Below are positions 13,970 to 25,452 of a DNA stretch of 64,000 nucleotides, one piece after another. The notes below the pieces were generated by a model. That model had not been told where the DNA came from, did not search any database, and was given only the letters and a program-made list of their open reading frames with translations. How positions within the stretch are numbered: position 1 is the stretch's first letter; each line of letters opens with the position of its first letter. Source of the DNA: Xylographa opegraphella (taxonomy: Eukaryota); NCBI GenBank assembly GCA_022813865.1, contig JALDZX010000026.1:186001-250000 (forward strand), in the 5' to 3' direction. The position numbers and the translations under genes are program-made.

Positions 13970-14332
13970 TAAAGGAGAGATAGCTACTCGCTGTAGGTCT
14001 TCGCAGTACCGAGCTAAGCTTACGGTCCGTGCCGTAACGCTCAGTGGGATACTCAACTATGGCGCCTGAATCCCAGAGATTGATGCCGGCGTTGGAGTCA
14101 TGGGTTCAAATCTAAAGCCCGTTAAGGGTTGATGGCATGGTACGCGGCTCCCTGAGGTCTGTTCATGAGGAACGACTTCGGTGCTGTAGGGGACTTGGAG
14201 CTCCTTGATGATCATGGCACCTTTTGGCGGGCTGGGGTTGCTTATGCCTCAGACATTGATGAGCTTGACTTTGGGTAGTGGAGGGTTTGACGTTTTTGGG
14301 GTTAACTTGGCAGTGTTCTGATCAGGAGTCAT
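13970..14332 (-). pseudogene. Degraded glutathione S-transferase (fungal Ure2p-like/GST-II N-terminal domain) remnant
   Basis: Minus strand reads VKLINV*GISNPSPPKGAMIIKELQVPY / YHAINP-NG / HDSNAGINLWDSGAIVEYPTERYGTDRKLS, matching fungal GST consensus (KPI.VWG..GPNP.KV...LEEL..PY...Y..INPNG....I.D.N.G..LWESGAI.EYL.E.YD....LS). In-frame TGA at 14249-14251, frameshifts near 14110-14160, no recognisable C-terminal domain. Confidence 0.8.
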
Positions 14333-15624
14333 ATCCGCTGCTTGAAAGTCGTAGCAAGGCCAGAACCGCTGGCAGCAATCTGACCGTCGATCGGACCGAG
14401 ACACTTGCAAACCGAAAGCGCCGCCCGTGACGGTAAATCAGACTCTCCTCGAGAGACTACGATATCATAAGTCGTCATACAATAAGAAACCAAATTTACC
14501 ACCGCAAAACACTCACCTCGCATATCGCTCCTTTGGCTTCATTGCTTCGCCTCATGAGGAATTAAAAATCAACTTGTAAGAACAGCGGGCTCGAGCCGTC
14601 AGTTTCCTAGTGACGGATGAAGATGTTCATAATATTGCTCCATCGTTCCTCAGACAGCCGATCGAGTTTTATTCTCTTGCTCAGTTGCGGCAATGTTATC
14701 GACTGAATACTAATGGCAAATAATCACATCAAGATGTGTTGAATTATAAATGAGATTCTCCGACTTCGTCGAAGGACTTCTTCGTAGTTTACATAGAATG
14801 TTTTGATATGTGATATACACAACTTCGTATATATTTGCTATTCGGTCCTACGCCAGCGTACGATTATATATGACTTATGTCATGCTATTCGCCAGCTTCT
14901 CATGATACTTTGACGTGTGTTTAGGCGTGGGATGGAGACCATCAGCTGATAAGTGCTCCTCTTTTATACCATGTGTTTCCTAAGGTATGTCGTCGTCTTA
15001 CGTCACCGAAGATTTCCTCCAAGTCAGATTTGACGTGCCTTGATTGGCAGTATGCGGATAATTTTTGGCGAGCAAAACCGCATCGCTCCATGTGCTTGTT
15101 GCGTCTGGGCAGGTTTGCTGTCCACGAAAATGCGGGGCGACTGTATCGTTCATGTTTCTTGACGGGCGCTCGATTCACATCGGTGGAGAAATTCCTATGG
15201 CTTTCCTTCCTTGCAGTCAATCGACCAGTAACGATGTTGCACATAATCTACTGGCTCAAGGTTTCATTCAATATGCGTCTGCCATATGATTGGGTCTTGC
15301 GAAGAATTGACTGGTAACGGGAGCAGTCAGCCATTCTGGCAGCCGCTCTGCTGCACTGCCTCCAGCCTTGCGAAGATAATGGTAGTCTAGGTAAGTATAG
15401 TGTGGTAGTACAGATGTTCACAGCCTTGCTCTAGGATGACCTTCATTTCCTCCCTCTATGTTTATTGCCTATTCGTAGTTTACCGTCTGCCCTTCTCTTA
15501 TTGTAGTAGGTTTCTGTCTCTCGGTGCTTGTGTGCTGGCTTTTGTATTCCGAATCTTCAGCTGGACCCGGTTCTGAACTGTACGAACCAGATGTGACATT
15601 AGCTGAGCTACATAATCTACCACA

Positions 15625-18061
15625 ATGGACGGTGCAAGTGGTGCTATTGCATTTGCGTCTATCGCCATCCAGCTCGGCCAGAGCTTTGTTGCTCTCTCCC
15701 GGTATTGGGAGTCCATCAAGGAAGCACCAGCCGATATTTTGACCATCGCTCAAGACCTCAGGTTTCTTGCTGACACTGTTCATCACTTCGAGCTAGACGA
15801 GCAGAATTACGGCCAAGCCCCGGAAGTCTCAAATGTCTTGAAGAGCTGCATGGCTAAGGTCGTTATCTTGCAAAGCTTGGTGGAAGAGATTGAGCCGGGC
15901 TTTTCCTCAAAGCACCGGCTGCAGCGGAAATGGAGTGCCTTGAAAGCGGTACTGAAGAACGACAAGGTCGAGAAGTTCCGGAAGTCGTTGGAAGAGTCGA
16001 AAACCACACTGCTGCTGGCTCAGTCGATATCACAAAGGTATGCTACTCTCAGTTTCTCTGTCTGTAAAGTTCTATCTGACCCTGTCGTACAGGCGATTGC
16101 AGTCAGTACACTCCCAATCGTTAGAAGAAAAACTGTCAAGTATTGTAAGCACTCTCGGCAAGGTGCAATTTCAATATTGTTCGAGAATTGTTACCACTAC
16201 TTCTACAGAACATTGCGACGGTGATGAACAATGGAACACGCTAAGAGATGAGCTCAAGCGCTTGGCATCCGAGATGTCTAATCCATTCTATCGTGCTGGT
16301 TTTGAGCATGCTATGGATTGCTCACTACGGCAAATCATAGACAACAATTCTACTACAGATCTTCGGTCCAATTTTGAAGGAGAGAAGGTACGAGATGAAC
16401 ATACGGCCCATTACGAGCCGCTCTACGGCGGACACCACAAACAATATCAGAGGATAGACGGCTATATTTCCACTAACGAGAACATATTTGGTGAAGTGGT
16501 TGTACAGTCCCCTACTTACCTCAAGCAATCAAGAAATGACCCTGACAACAGCTGGGAGAGTCGACGAGTATATGAACACAAGATGAACATTCGTATAAAA
16601 CCTGCTTGGTGGCTTGTCAAGATAGGTTTCAATCGTGGCATTGAGATTGCCTTTTCGCAAGCCACTGCCCAGGGTTTGAAAATTTCGTTGAGTCCTATCC
16701 GGCTGGTTCCAGACGATGCCTTGATCTTTGACTTCTGTTATACCGGCAATATCGATGGTGTTCGAAGGCTTCTGATGCGAGGTGAAGCATCGGCTCGAGA
16801 TACCAATTCCTGGGGCTGCACGCCATTACATGTAAGCATTTGATGAACTCCAAATAATTCAAGCTCATGCTTGCGAAAGCCAGCTGTGTGGGGCTGTCAT
16901 GCAGAGCTTTCCAGGCTCTTGATTGATGCTGGTGCTGATACAGCGGCTGTCTGGGCAAGCAGAAATTACGCTTCATGGTAAGGATACCTCTTATGCCTCG
17001 GACATTACTGACGGAGTGTCGCAGGACGCCGCTAGTACTTGCTGCATGTGCAGACGACTATGATCACTATGGGCAAAAGATCGACATTCTCCGACTGTTC
17101 AGTGATCAATTGGATGAAGTGGATGAAAGCGATTTTCTTGTAACCCTTTTCCAGTCTGGGACTTGTGAATCACGCGATCTTGACCGCGACCCACTTATTA
17201 ATTGGGCACTTTCATATTATTCCTCAATTTTTAGTTGTAACTTGGAACGGCTTTTGGACGCTTTCGTCCATTTGCATCCTACGGCTCAAAAGTTACTTGC
17301 CGACAGATACATTTCTCTCCGCGACTTTGAAACGCAATCACACACCATATTCACCGCAGTAGCTAGTGGAATGACCAGTACTATTCAAATCTTGCTAAAC
17401 ATAGGGCTCAACCCCCATAACGAAGTTTCTTATCAAGGAGACCCCCCGGATACAGATACACTTACATCCGTTGCAATGTGGAATAGCAGAGCATTTGATG
17501 TCTGGCGTATAGAATTGAAAACTTTAGGCACAAACTTTGAAGCCTTTGTCCAAGAAGAAATGGAAATCAGTCTCATCAAGGCGATGGGATGGACTACAAA
17601 GTCGTTGCTGGTCTTATTTAATCAAGAAATCCGGGCGACTGACTTTCCTCGATTCGAATGTTCTGCCTGTTCTTCATTTCACGCGCTGTTTGAGCCCGCT
17701 TGGCGAATCAAGCTCGACAATATTCGGGGGACCAAAGGTATGTAAAGGGCTTAGCCGTGGCAATATCAGTGTTGCCTGTCGAGGATAAGCTGGTTAATAT
17801 CAATCTTTTCTAGGTTATCATGTGAACCATTTTACGCGAGAAAAAGTACACGTTAGATGGCAGGACGTACCCTACGGTCTCATATGCGATCAATGCCTTG
17901 ATGACTTCATCGGGAACAACTATAAAGAACCCGAATCCTGTTCTGGGTGCGGTAATTGCTTAAACCGTTGGAGTAATTACTGTCCGCATTGTAGGGTCAG
18001 TAAAGCCGAATCCGACGAATCCGACGATGACGTCGGCTTCTCCCCCTTCAAGCTCTTCTGA
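15625..18061 (+). CDS. HeLo-like N-terminal domain + ankyrin repeats + C-terminal Cys-pair (Zn-ribbon-like) protein
   Basis: N-terminus MDGASGAIAFASIAIQL...W..IKEAP.DI...RKWSALKAVLK.DK..KFR.SLEE.KTTLLLA; ankyrin segment GNIDGVRRLL.RGEASARDTNSWGCTPLH...LLIDAGAD; C-terminal CSAC, CDQC, CSGC, CPHC. Introns 16038-16092, 16832-16879, 16978-17024 and 17738-17813 all keep the frame. Confidence 0.8.
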
Positions 18062-18776
18062 TATCCACCTACGGCAGCACATACATTCCTCACCTATACC
18101 AACCTAGTACTGGGAATGAGAACACGCCCGAAAGCCTCAATAGCTGCAGAGAGTCACAGAAGCCTATACTGCTCACACACCCAACCACATCGATATACTG
18201 CACCAGCAATCACGAATCACGAAGACTGAAGCGGTATGTCACGACATTGCGAATCAGCGGTTCGGGTATTGCTATGGTCACTTCGCAGACCTGCTGAATA
18301 CTGCGGACGCGGGCATTTCTTTTCGACGATGGCGACGGGTTGCTGGTTGAATTAGTCTTTAGACCGGCGCAGATTGGCACCCGATCTTGGCTGATTGCAA
18401 CAATGGGCTGTAGCGGTAGTACCTGATGCGGAGGGATTACAATGCATTATGAGGGCTGTTTGGCGTTGTCTTGTATTATCTTTGATGACTGACTGGAGAG
18501 ACTTCAACGTTTGGAATACTGTGTTTCGAATCAATAGATCACTTATGAAACTATGACGTTGCCTTGAATTACTGAGTAAGAACTCTAGCTAACATACATT
18601 GGAACATCCTTCGAGCAGGCTTTCGATACGCTTCTAGGAGAGGGCGCTTTTAATCCACACCCAACAACGCCTAGGCAATGCATAAAAATTCAGTATCCCC
18701 GATTACCTCCTTATTTCCCTACCCACCATGCTACGCAATATACCGGAAGCTAAGTCCCAACCCGTCACCTACCCCC

Positions 18777-21700
18777 CTAACCCCTCGGCGTCCCCGGCCC
18801 CGGCCCCTTCGACGACCCCTTGACATTCAGTTTCAGCGTCAACTTCGGCTTCGCCCCCTCCATCGGCGTCGCGGGCGCTAGCATGCCTGCCGACTGCGGC
18901 ACGCCTGGAGTGCCCGGCTTCTTCGGCGGCTTGATCGACAGCCTCAGCGGGGCCGTCGCCGTACTCGAGCTGGAGCCCCAGCGCTTCAGCGCAGGGGTCG
19001 GCGGCGCCTGCGGCGCGGCAGCTGTGCGCGGCGGGAGTTTCGGGGTGAGTGTCGTGCGCACCTTGCTGGTGTGCGAGAACGTCAGCACGAGGGACGGCTT
19101 GGTCGTGCCGGGGAGGGTCGTCCGCCCGTGGCTGCGGCATTTCCAATAGCGGGGATACTTGAGCACGATGAGGATGCTGGTTCGTGGCTCGTAGAGGAGG
19201 GAGCAGATCTCCAAGAGGGCGCCGAGCTGTGGGAGGGTGAGGGTCGGAGAGCTGATGGCTTGCCAGAGGGAGGACTGCAGTGTGGTATTGGCAGCGATGT
19301 CGGTGCGGAGGGCGGCGAGCGCGCCGGTGATGGTTTTCCGTCGGGCAAGGTCGTCCTGGCGCGCTTGGGTAGAAGATTCCTGCTCGACGATCAGGGCGGT
19401 AGATTGTGGGGCAGCGGAGGCGGGCGTTGGCTGGGAGATCTCGCCGACGGCGGTGAGACCAAGACTCTTGCCGAAGAGGTGAAGCAGACGCTCACGGACG
19501 TAGGGCGAAGGATCGGTGCCGAGAACGAAGAGAAACCAACGGAGCACGTGGTCGTTGCGGGTGAGGCCCAGTTCTACGAGGCAGCTGAATGCCGTGACGC
19601 GCAAGTCGGAGTAGCAGCCGTCTTGAGTGTATTGCAGGAAATCTGCGGCGCGAGTGGGGATGCCACCCGAGGTCATGAGGCGTCGTTTACATTCGAGAGC
19701 TGTAGTTGATAGGATGTTATGGTAGGAGGGGATCCATTCGTCGATACGACGGTATCGGTCGATCTCCTCTAAGCAGGAGTGGAAGAAGGCAAGCTCGTCT
19801 CCGTCGTTGGCTACGAAGTCGAATGTTTCCGATTGTTGTGGGATGGCTGAAGAGATGGATTCAGCGAGAGCTTTCATGAGTGTGGCTAGGTAATGCGAAT
19901 CAGAGAACTGATATTGTTAGTGTTTCCATCAAAGTTGTCCTCATCAGGAAATATATACCTCATTATTAGAATTATCATTGTACCTCAACTTCTCGTAAAG
20001 AAACTTTCGGGCTGTCAGTGGCGCTTTCCCATTATTATCTCGAATCTGTGCAATGGCTTGAGGAATAGCACATTGAATATAGTAAGAAGCTCGATCGGAG
20101 AACTCATTCGAGCGCGTCATTTTTGACCCAGGGAGACAGAAAAACTCTTGGAAAGCCTTTTCGAGGTGGAAGAGCCCTACCCACCCAATTTCGTTCTTTG
20201 CAAGTCGAGCTAAGGCGGTTGCGGCAGCAGTCCGGATTCCATGAAAATACCGAGAGTCCATCAATGTACGGATGAAGATGGTGGACACAAGCGGATGCTC
20301 TCGTGAAGCGGCCATGAACTGAATCGACTTGAAAATGTCAATTGTGGAATCAATCTTGAGACGAGCAATAACATACTTCTAACTGAGCCACCACATCGCG
20401 ATCCTGTTGTAGCTGTGATAGATACATATAACCAGGCTGGTTGAGCTGCATCTTGCATATCCATTCAAAATCGGCATCCATTCGAATCCATTCGTAGGAT
20501 TCTTGGCTCATTTTGTCTTCTTCTTCTTTGCTCCATTCAGACAATCTCCATTCACGGATCTCTTCTTCTGTTTGTAAAACATCTCCCAGGCAATATAGAA
20601 GTACGTCATCATGGTTTTCTGCAGTGAAATCGATGGCAGGTCCGGTACTCCGCTCTTTTTGTCGTCGGCTTCGCTTTAGTCGCTTATACTTGGTATTGTA
20701 AGGGATGTCGAACTTGGTCAATGCTTCCTTGATTTCAACGATGTGTTCATATGGAGTGCCATCAGCTTCATGGATACGAATTGTCATAGGTCCCTATCCA
20801 GTTTAGCATATAATACATACAGTATTTATATTATTCATACCGTGAAAGCCGGCTGCACAGCTCCAGCAAAAATGCCTTGAAGGTCTTCCTTGACATCACG
20901 CATAAATGTATTGGGGTCTATGTCTACCTCAAACTGAGTGTCTCCTTGGACTTGCTGAATCAGCATCTCAACCACGAGTCTTTTCTTGTTGAAGCGTTGC
21001 GAAACACGGAACTTGGGGCAGCCAGCTCCGTAAACCCACTGAGTAAAAAACACATCCAACTTGGCATGCCCAAGTCTTTCGCATGTTTTTTGGAAATTCG
21101 CAGTATTCAAAGCACCATTTACCATATCCCCTACTTTTGCGTTTAGAAACACTCTGGATATGATTCGGGAAAAACCAGAAGAACCACTGGCTTTTTGGAG
21201 GCGTCTATCAAGAATGAAAAGTACAAGGGGTGATTTCATCGCAAGGAACTCCGCCTGTGATGGTTCGAGCCACAATATCTTGCCTGTATCGTAGATGGAA
21301 GGCCGTGCGACGTCAAGCGCACACACCTTGTCTGATGCTCTTTTTTGCTGATATCTGTATTCATTATTCCCAGAAAGCTTTCGCATGAACATGTCTGTGA
21401 TAAAATAGGCCATTCCCACTACCGCCCACGTGTCCGCAGGCTCTTTCGGTATTATGTTTACACCCGACCATTGACAGGCAAGAGTGTAGACCAACTGCCG
21501 GGTGACACAATCCAGTGGTTCAATGATATCTTCTGGAAAGAGTAACCGAGTACTGCAGAGGGAAACTGAGGCTGTTTCAACGCAATCTTGCATAGCATCC
21601 TCAAGGAAGCAGAGCTTATAGCTCGAAAAAGGATAAGATCCATAGGTAAGTGTGAAAAAGTCGATAGCCTACGAACGAAGTCAGCTCAAGAGACCGTCTA

Positions 21701-22887
21701 CACCATACTAACTTACTTACCTTCGCTAATGGGAGGCATGTATTCTTCAGCTCGTCAACTCTTCCTGGCAAACAGAATCCGTGAACTGGAACTGCATTCT
21801 GTCCTAATTTATCATCCTCATCACTCTCACGAAAAGCAGCGAGATCAACATGCTCAAACGGTCCAATGGCAAATCCAATGTGCTGTGGTGCAACAGGTGT
21901 TGTACAGGTGAAAAACGTTGTCTTCTTGCTAGAGTCGCGAGGATCTATAATCTAATCATGTCAACCGAAGGAGTTTAGAGGGAAGAACACAACTCGAACC
22001 TCATCGGTCATGACTCCCGAACAAATCACAACCAGATCAAGGGCCTCTTCTTCATCACTGAGACTCGGAAGTTGCTCCACCTCTGCATGTTGGGAATCGG
22101 CCGCACTGGTTCCATTGGTCGAAGTTGTTCTAAGGGAAGTGGATCTTCTGAAAGCATCGCCAATAGTTCTAGGGCATTTGAATGATATCTCCCAGGTCGA
22201 ACGTGAGTCAATGGCGTCAAGACATGGGAAAAGACAGCACGCAGCCCCGGGCAATGAGTTTTGAGAGTAGGCATGAGGATATTGTAGGTCTCCAGGATTG
22301 CAACCCACAAACTGTATACCATCACGGATCTCATCGATACTGAAGTCAATAGAAATTATGATTGGAGTGAAGCGAGTAGTTTGATCAATAGCAGGCTTGG
22401 TGTTCTGAGTTACGTCGACCACCATAGGGTCGCCACTCGCTTTTCCTGCCCTATCTAATGTGGTATCTTGTTCGAGTTCCACGATTCTAACACTTTTTGG
22501 TAGATTGATCACGAGTTCAGGCTCTGGAGGAGGAACTCTAAGCTGTCCCTCCAATCGTTCTTGTAGCATATGATGTTGATTAACTCCAGCTTTCCAGCCA
22601 AGCCGACTCTGTTTATATGGGTCTGTATAAGTCATGCTTGCGCTAGGTTTGCCGTTGATACTGAGGCGGTTCAAGTCGCATTGACGGCAGTTGAGTCGCA
22701 AGGTTTTCAGGTCTGCAGAGAGAGGGCCGATCGTTATCTCCGTGCTACCTTTGAGTCTGCGCAGAGCCAAGTCAATATCTAGCTGGACCTTCTGATGGAG
22801 AACATTAAATCCGGCGTCTGTCCTCTGGTGCGCCAATGTCCAGCCACGATTTTCCACCACCTCTGTGGTATCCATCAGGCCCACCAT
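18777..22887 (-). CDS. TAF2: TFIID subunit 2 (M1-aminopeptidase-like fold)
   Basis: HQKVQLDID...LRLNCRQC...CCLFPCLD...TWEI; MTIRIHEADGTPYEHIV...FDIPYNTK; WIRMDADFEWIC; YLSQLQQDRDVVAQLE; LRYNDNSNN; WIPSYHN. Multi-exon, e.g. intron 21999-21952. Confidence 0.95.
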
Positions 22888-23620
22888 CTTGCTAGAGGAA
22901 TCCGAGAGCAGAGGCCTTAAGTTTAAGCGCCAAAGCGTCGAATGATCGGAAACGGACTGCTTTTTGTTGAGTTCAGGTCACTGAGAAGGTCAGGAGTGAA
23001 GACGTGGTCGAGGTCCAAATGAGTATGAGGTTGGTGCCGCCTCGGAGGGTGCAGAGGGTGCAGAGGGTGACACATATGGCAGATCAACTCCATACTAGAT
23101 ACGGAGTCAGTCGGACAGAAAAGTTCCCTTCCGTCGTATTTGGAAGAACTCCATAACGTACTGCTTCGTTGCAGTCAGAATCGATGGAATGTTGTAGCTG
23201 TCGGTTTGTCCTCGGCTAAATTATGATTGGTCCAGCTTGAGCTCGATCTGTTGTGCGGTCTGAACGTATCAACCAACATTTACAACACCGCTTCTTCGTC
23301 TACCAAGGGCATGACTGGTCAATTTACCGTGGTACGAATCAATAATAGCTGCCATCATGCTCTCTGGACAGTCTGACGTCGTTTGTCGGATAATCTTATT
23401 GTGAAACAGCTGACGATTCAGACATAATTCCTGCGCATACCCCGTTTTCTCTTTCTACAAGACTCCGCGAGCCACTCCCGCCTCAATTGTTTTTCAGGCT
23501 ACTTCACTCTCATTAAATATTCTGCGTCCGTAGCTTCCCGTTCACTATTGCAGAGCAGGCTCTACAATAGCTATTCCCTAGGTCGTTGCTTGATATCGTT
23601 ATACTAAATCATTGTTCAAA

Positions 23621-24303
23621 ATGAATTCACTCCTTCAGCAACGGCAATATTTTTATACGGATGAGACTATACAGCAGTACAACGTGAGAGCTACTGTCCT
23701 TTCCTACCTAACATTTTGTTTTTTACTGAGCTCTCTACAGATATCATTAATAATTAGATGGGTCATTTTTGGAATCCTGGTCTTGATGGCATTGTCTGCT
23801 CTACTGGCGTACTCCCATGCAAAGCGAAGGATTGCCAAGGGCCTACCCCCAAAGCCATACCATAGAGTAAGCCAATCTGAATCCGTATCCGTCTTTAAAC
23901 GGTGGCTAAGGTGTTTCTAGTGGATGGTCCGCCGACAGCAACGTCGACAATTTGAGCCATCATTGCAAAATGAATTCTCGTTCTACCGAGCTGCAGCTCC
24001 CGAATATGACCTGGAAGCACTTCCTCCGCCAGGTAACCTTATTATTGGAGGCGTGTTGAAAGAACACAGCTGATCGTCGTAGTTTATGATTCCAACCACG
24101 TCCCTCCACCAACATACCAGCCTCCTGCAGGGGGATCAAAGGTAAATCCGACACAAGAGTATGATAGACCTCCATCCGGTCCACCTCCGCCCTCAGCGTT
24201 ATCTACACCCGGGGGCGTTGAAGCTCCAATTGAGTCTCCTCCTCCGACCGCGCGGTTGGTCCGCTCACCTTGGATGCAACGGTTCACCCGATCTACCAAT
24301 TAA
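23621..24303 (+). CDS. Small single-pass membrane protein with PY motifs (RCR / Rsp5-adaptor-like)
   Basis: Four exons join to MNSLLQQRQY...IIRWVIFGILVLMALSALLAYSHAKRRIAKGLPPKPYHRWMV...LPPPVYDSNHVPPPTYQPPAGGSKVNP...TAA (24301-24303). One TM segment followed by a basic patch and PPxY motifs. Confidence 0.75.
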
Positions 24304-24483
24304 TATATGGACAATTGAAAGGAAAACAGACTCACTGAAGTACTAGTGAGAACCATGCAGATAAATTAGGTCACTGCTCATTGGGTGTGTAATTATATCT
24401 ACTAGTGATGATAGTCCATAGTTGTTATTCGTTACACGCTTTGCCAACATGAACATGAAAGACTTCTGTGTATATGTATATAA

Positions 24484-25150
24484 TTATTCGATATCCATTG
24501 CATCTTCATCGAATGTGCTATACTCAGGCTGCCCGTTGGTGGTTATATCTTGCGTATCAGGCTGATGCCTCAGACCGTCTGGCATTATGGAACTCGGAAA
24601 GCTCTTGGAATCCGCTTCCACAGCCTCAAGCTGTTTCTGCCTTGCCCTCTCCCTCACTTCAATGATGGCCTTACGTACATTGTCCTGCTCCGGAGGTATG
24701 GATAGTGACTCAGGTACACTGTACAATACCACCTCGTTGCTGGTATGGGGTTGACGTTGCCCAAGAAGAACAGATTTGGGAATCTTTGTCAAGCGCTTTT
24801 CGATGTCTGGCAAGAAGACCAGCTTCTCCTCCTCCGACTCAATGTCAGAAATCTCGTCGTCTAGATTGTGAATGTAGATCTTGTCGCGCGTCTCATCGAG
24901 GTTCATAGAATCGCTGAAAGCGTTAGAACGGCTACGTCGAGGCGGAGTTGTCGGTGGCTGCTTGACCGGACTATAGAGCTTGCCTACATCCTCTACCATT
25001 GACATTAGCAGGTATCCAGGTCAAGACAACCTCCCCGAGCACACCTAAATTCAAAAGATTGAACCGCTTCGTAAAGGGTTGCTCATTGTCAAGGTCGTCG
25101 CTGGCGGGCCGTTTGTGTCCATGAATCCCTGTGATTGCTCGATTGTCCAT
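24484..25150 (-). CDS. Conserved Pezizomycotina hypothetical protein
   Basis: MDNRAITGIHGHKRPASDDLDNEQPFTKRFNLLNL joined by one GT-AG intron to EDVGKLY...MNLDETRDKIYIHNLDDEI..IE..EEKLVFLPDIEKRLTKIPKSVL...EVVLYSVPESLSIPPEQDNVRKAIIE...DAMDIE. Confidence 0.75.
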
Positions 25151-25333
25151 TCCCCCATCACACTTCACTTTCAACGTGCTCCTTCAAGCTTGCGTAGCGT
25201 TTCCTGCAGAAGGAGCCGCAAATCCGCCAGAAATCAGCTTGCTTGCGGATCAAGGGATAGAGAGACCATAGCGACTGTTCATTCATGCGAATAGTGGGGG
25301 CGTGGTGGCAGAATTGTTTCGCCTGGCGTGTTT

Positions 25334-25340
25334 TGACTCA
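25334..25340. promoter_or_regulatory. Gcn4/CPC-1-type element upstream of the main AlaRS start
   Basis: Perfect TGACTCA about 113 nt upstream of ATG 25453. Confidence 0.55.
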
Positions 25341-25452
25341 TCACGGGGCAAGAGTTTCTGTCAATAATTTATCTTATATCCACCATTCTCCTTCTCCCTT
25401 CCAGCATACTGCATTCTTCCATAAAAAGCTGTGTTCATACAAGCACGTCAAA

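Noticed and set aside
14098..14112. GGTTCAAATC T-loop-like motif
   Set aside because: Lies within the GST remnant and forms no cloverleaf.
16832..16879. Suspected non-canonical acceptor in the HeLo-ankyrin gene
   Set aside because: Recounting shows a normal GT...AAG intron giving TPLH|PAVWGCHAEL in frame.
23045..23070. GAGGGTGCA repeated about three times in the TAF2 upstream region
   Set aside because: A short slippage-type repeat with no supporting evidence of function.
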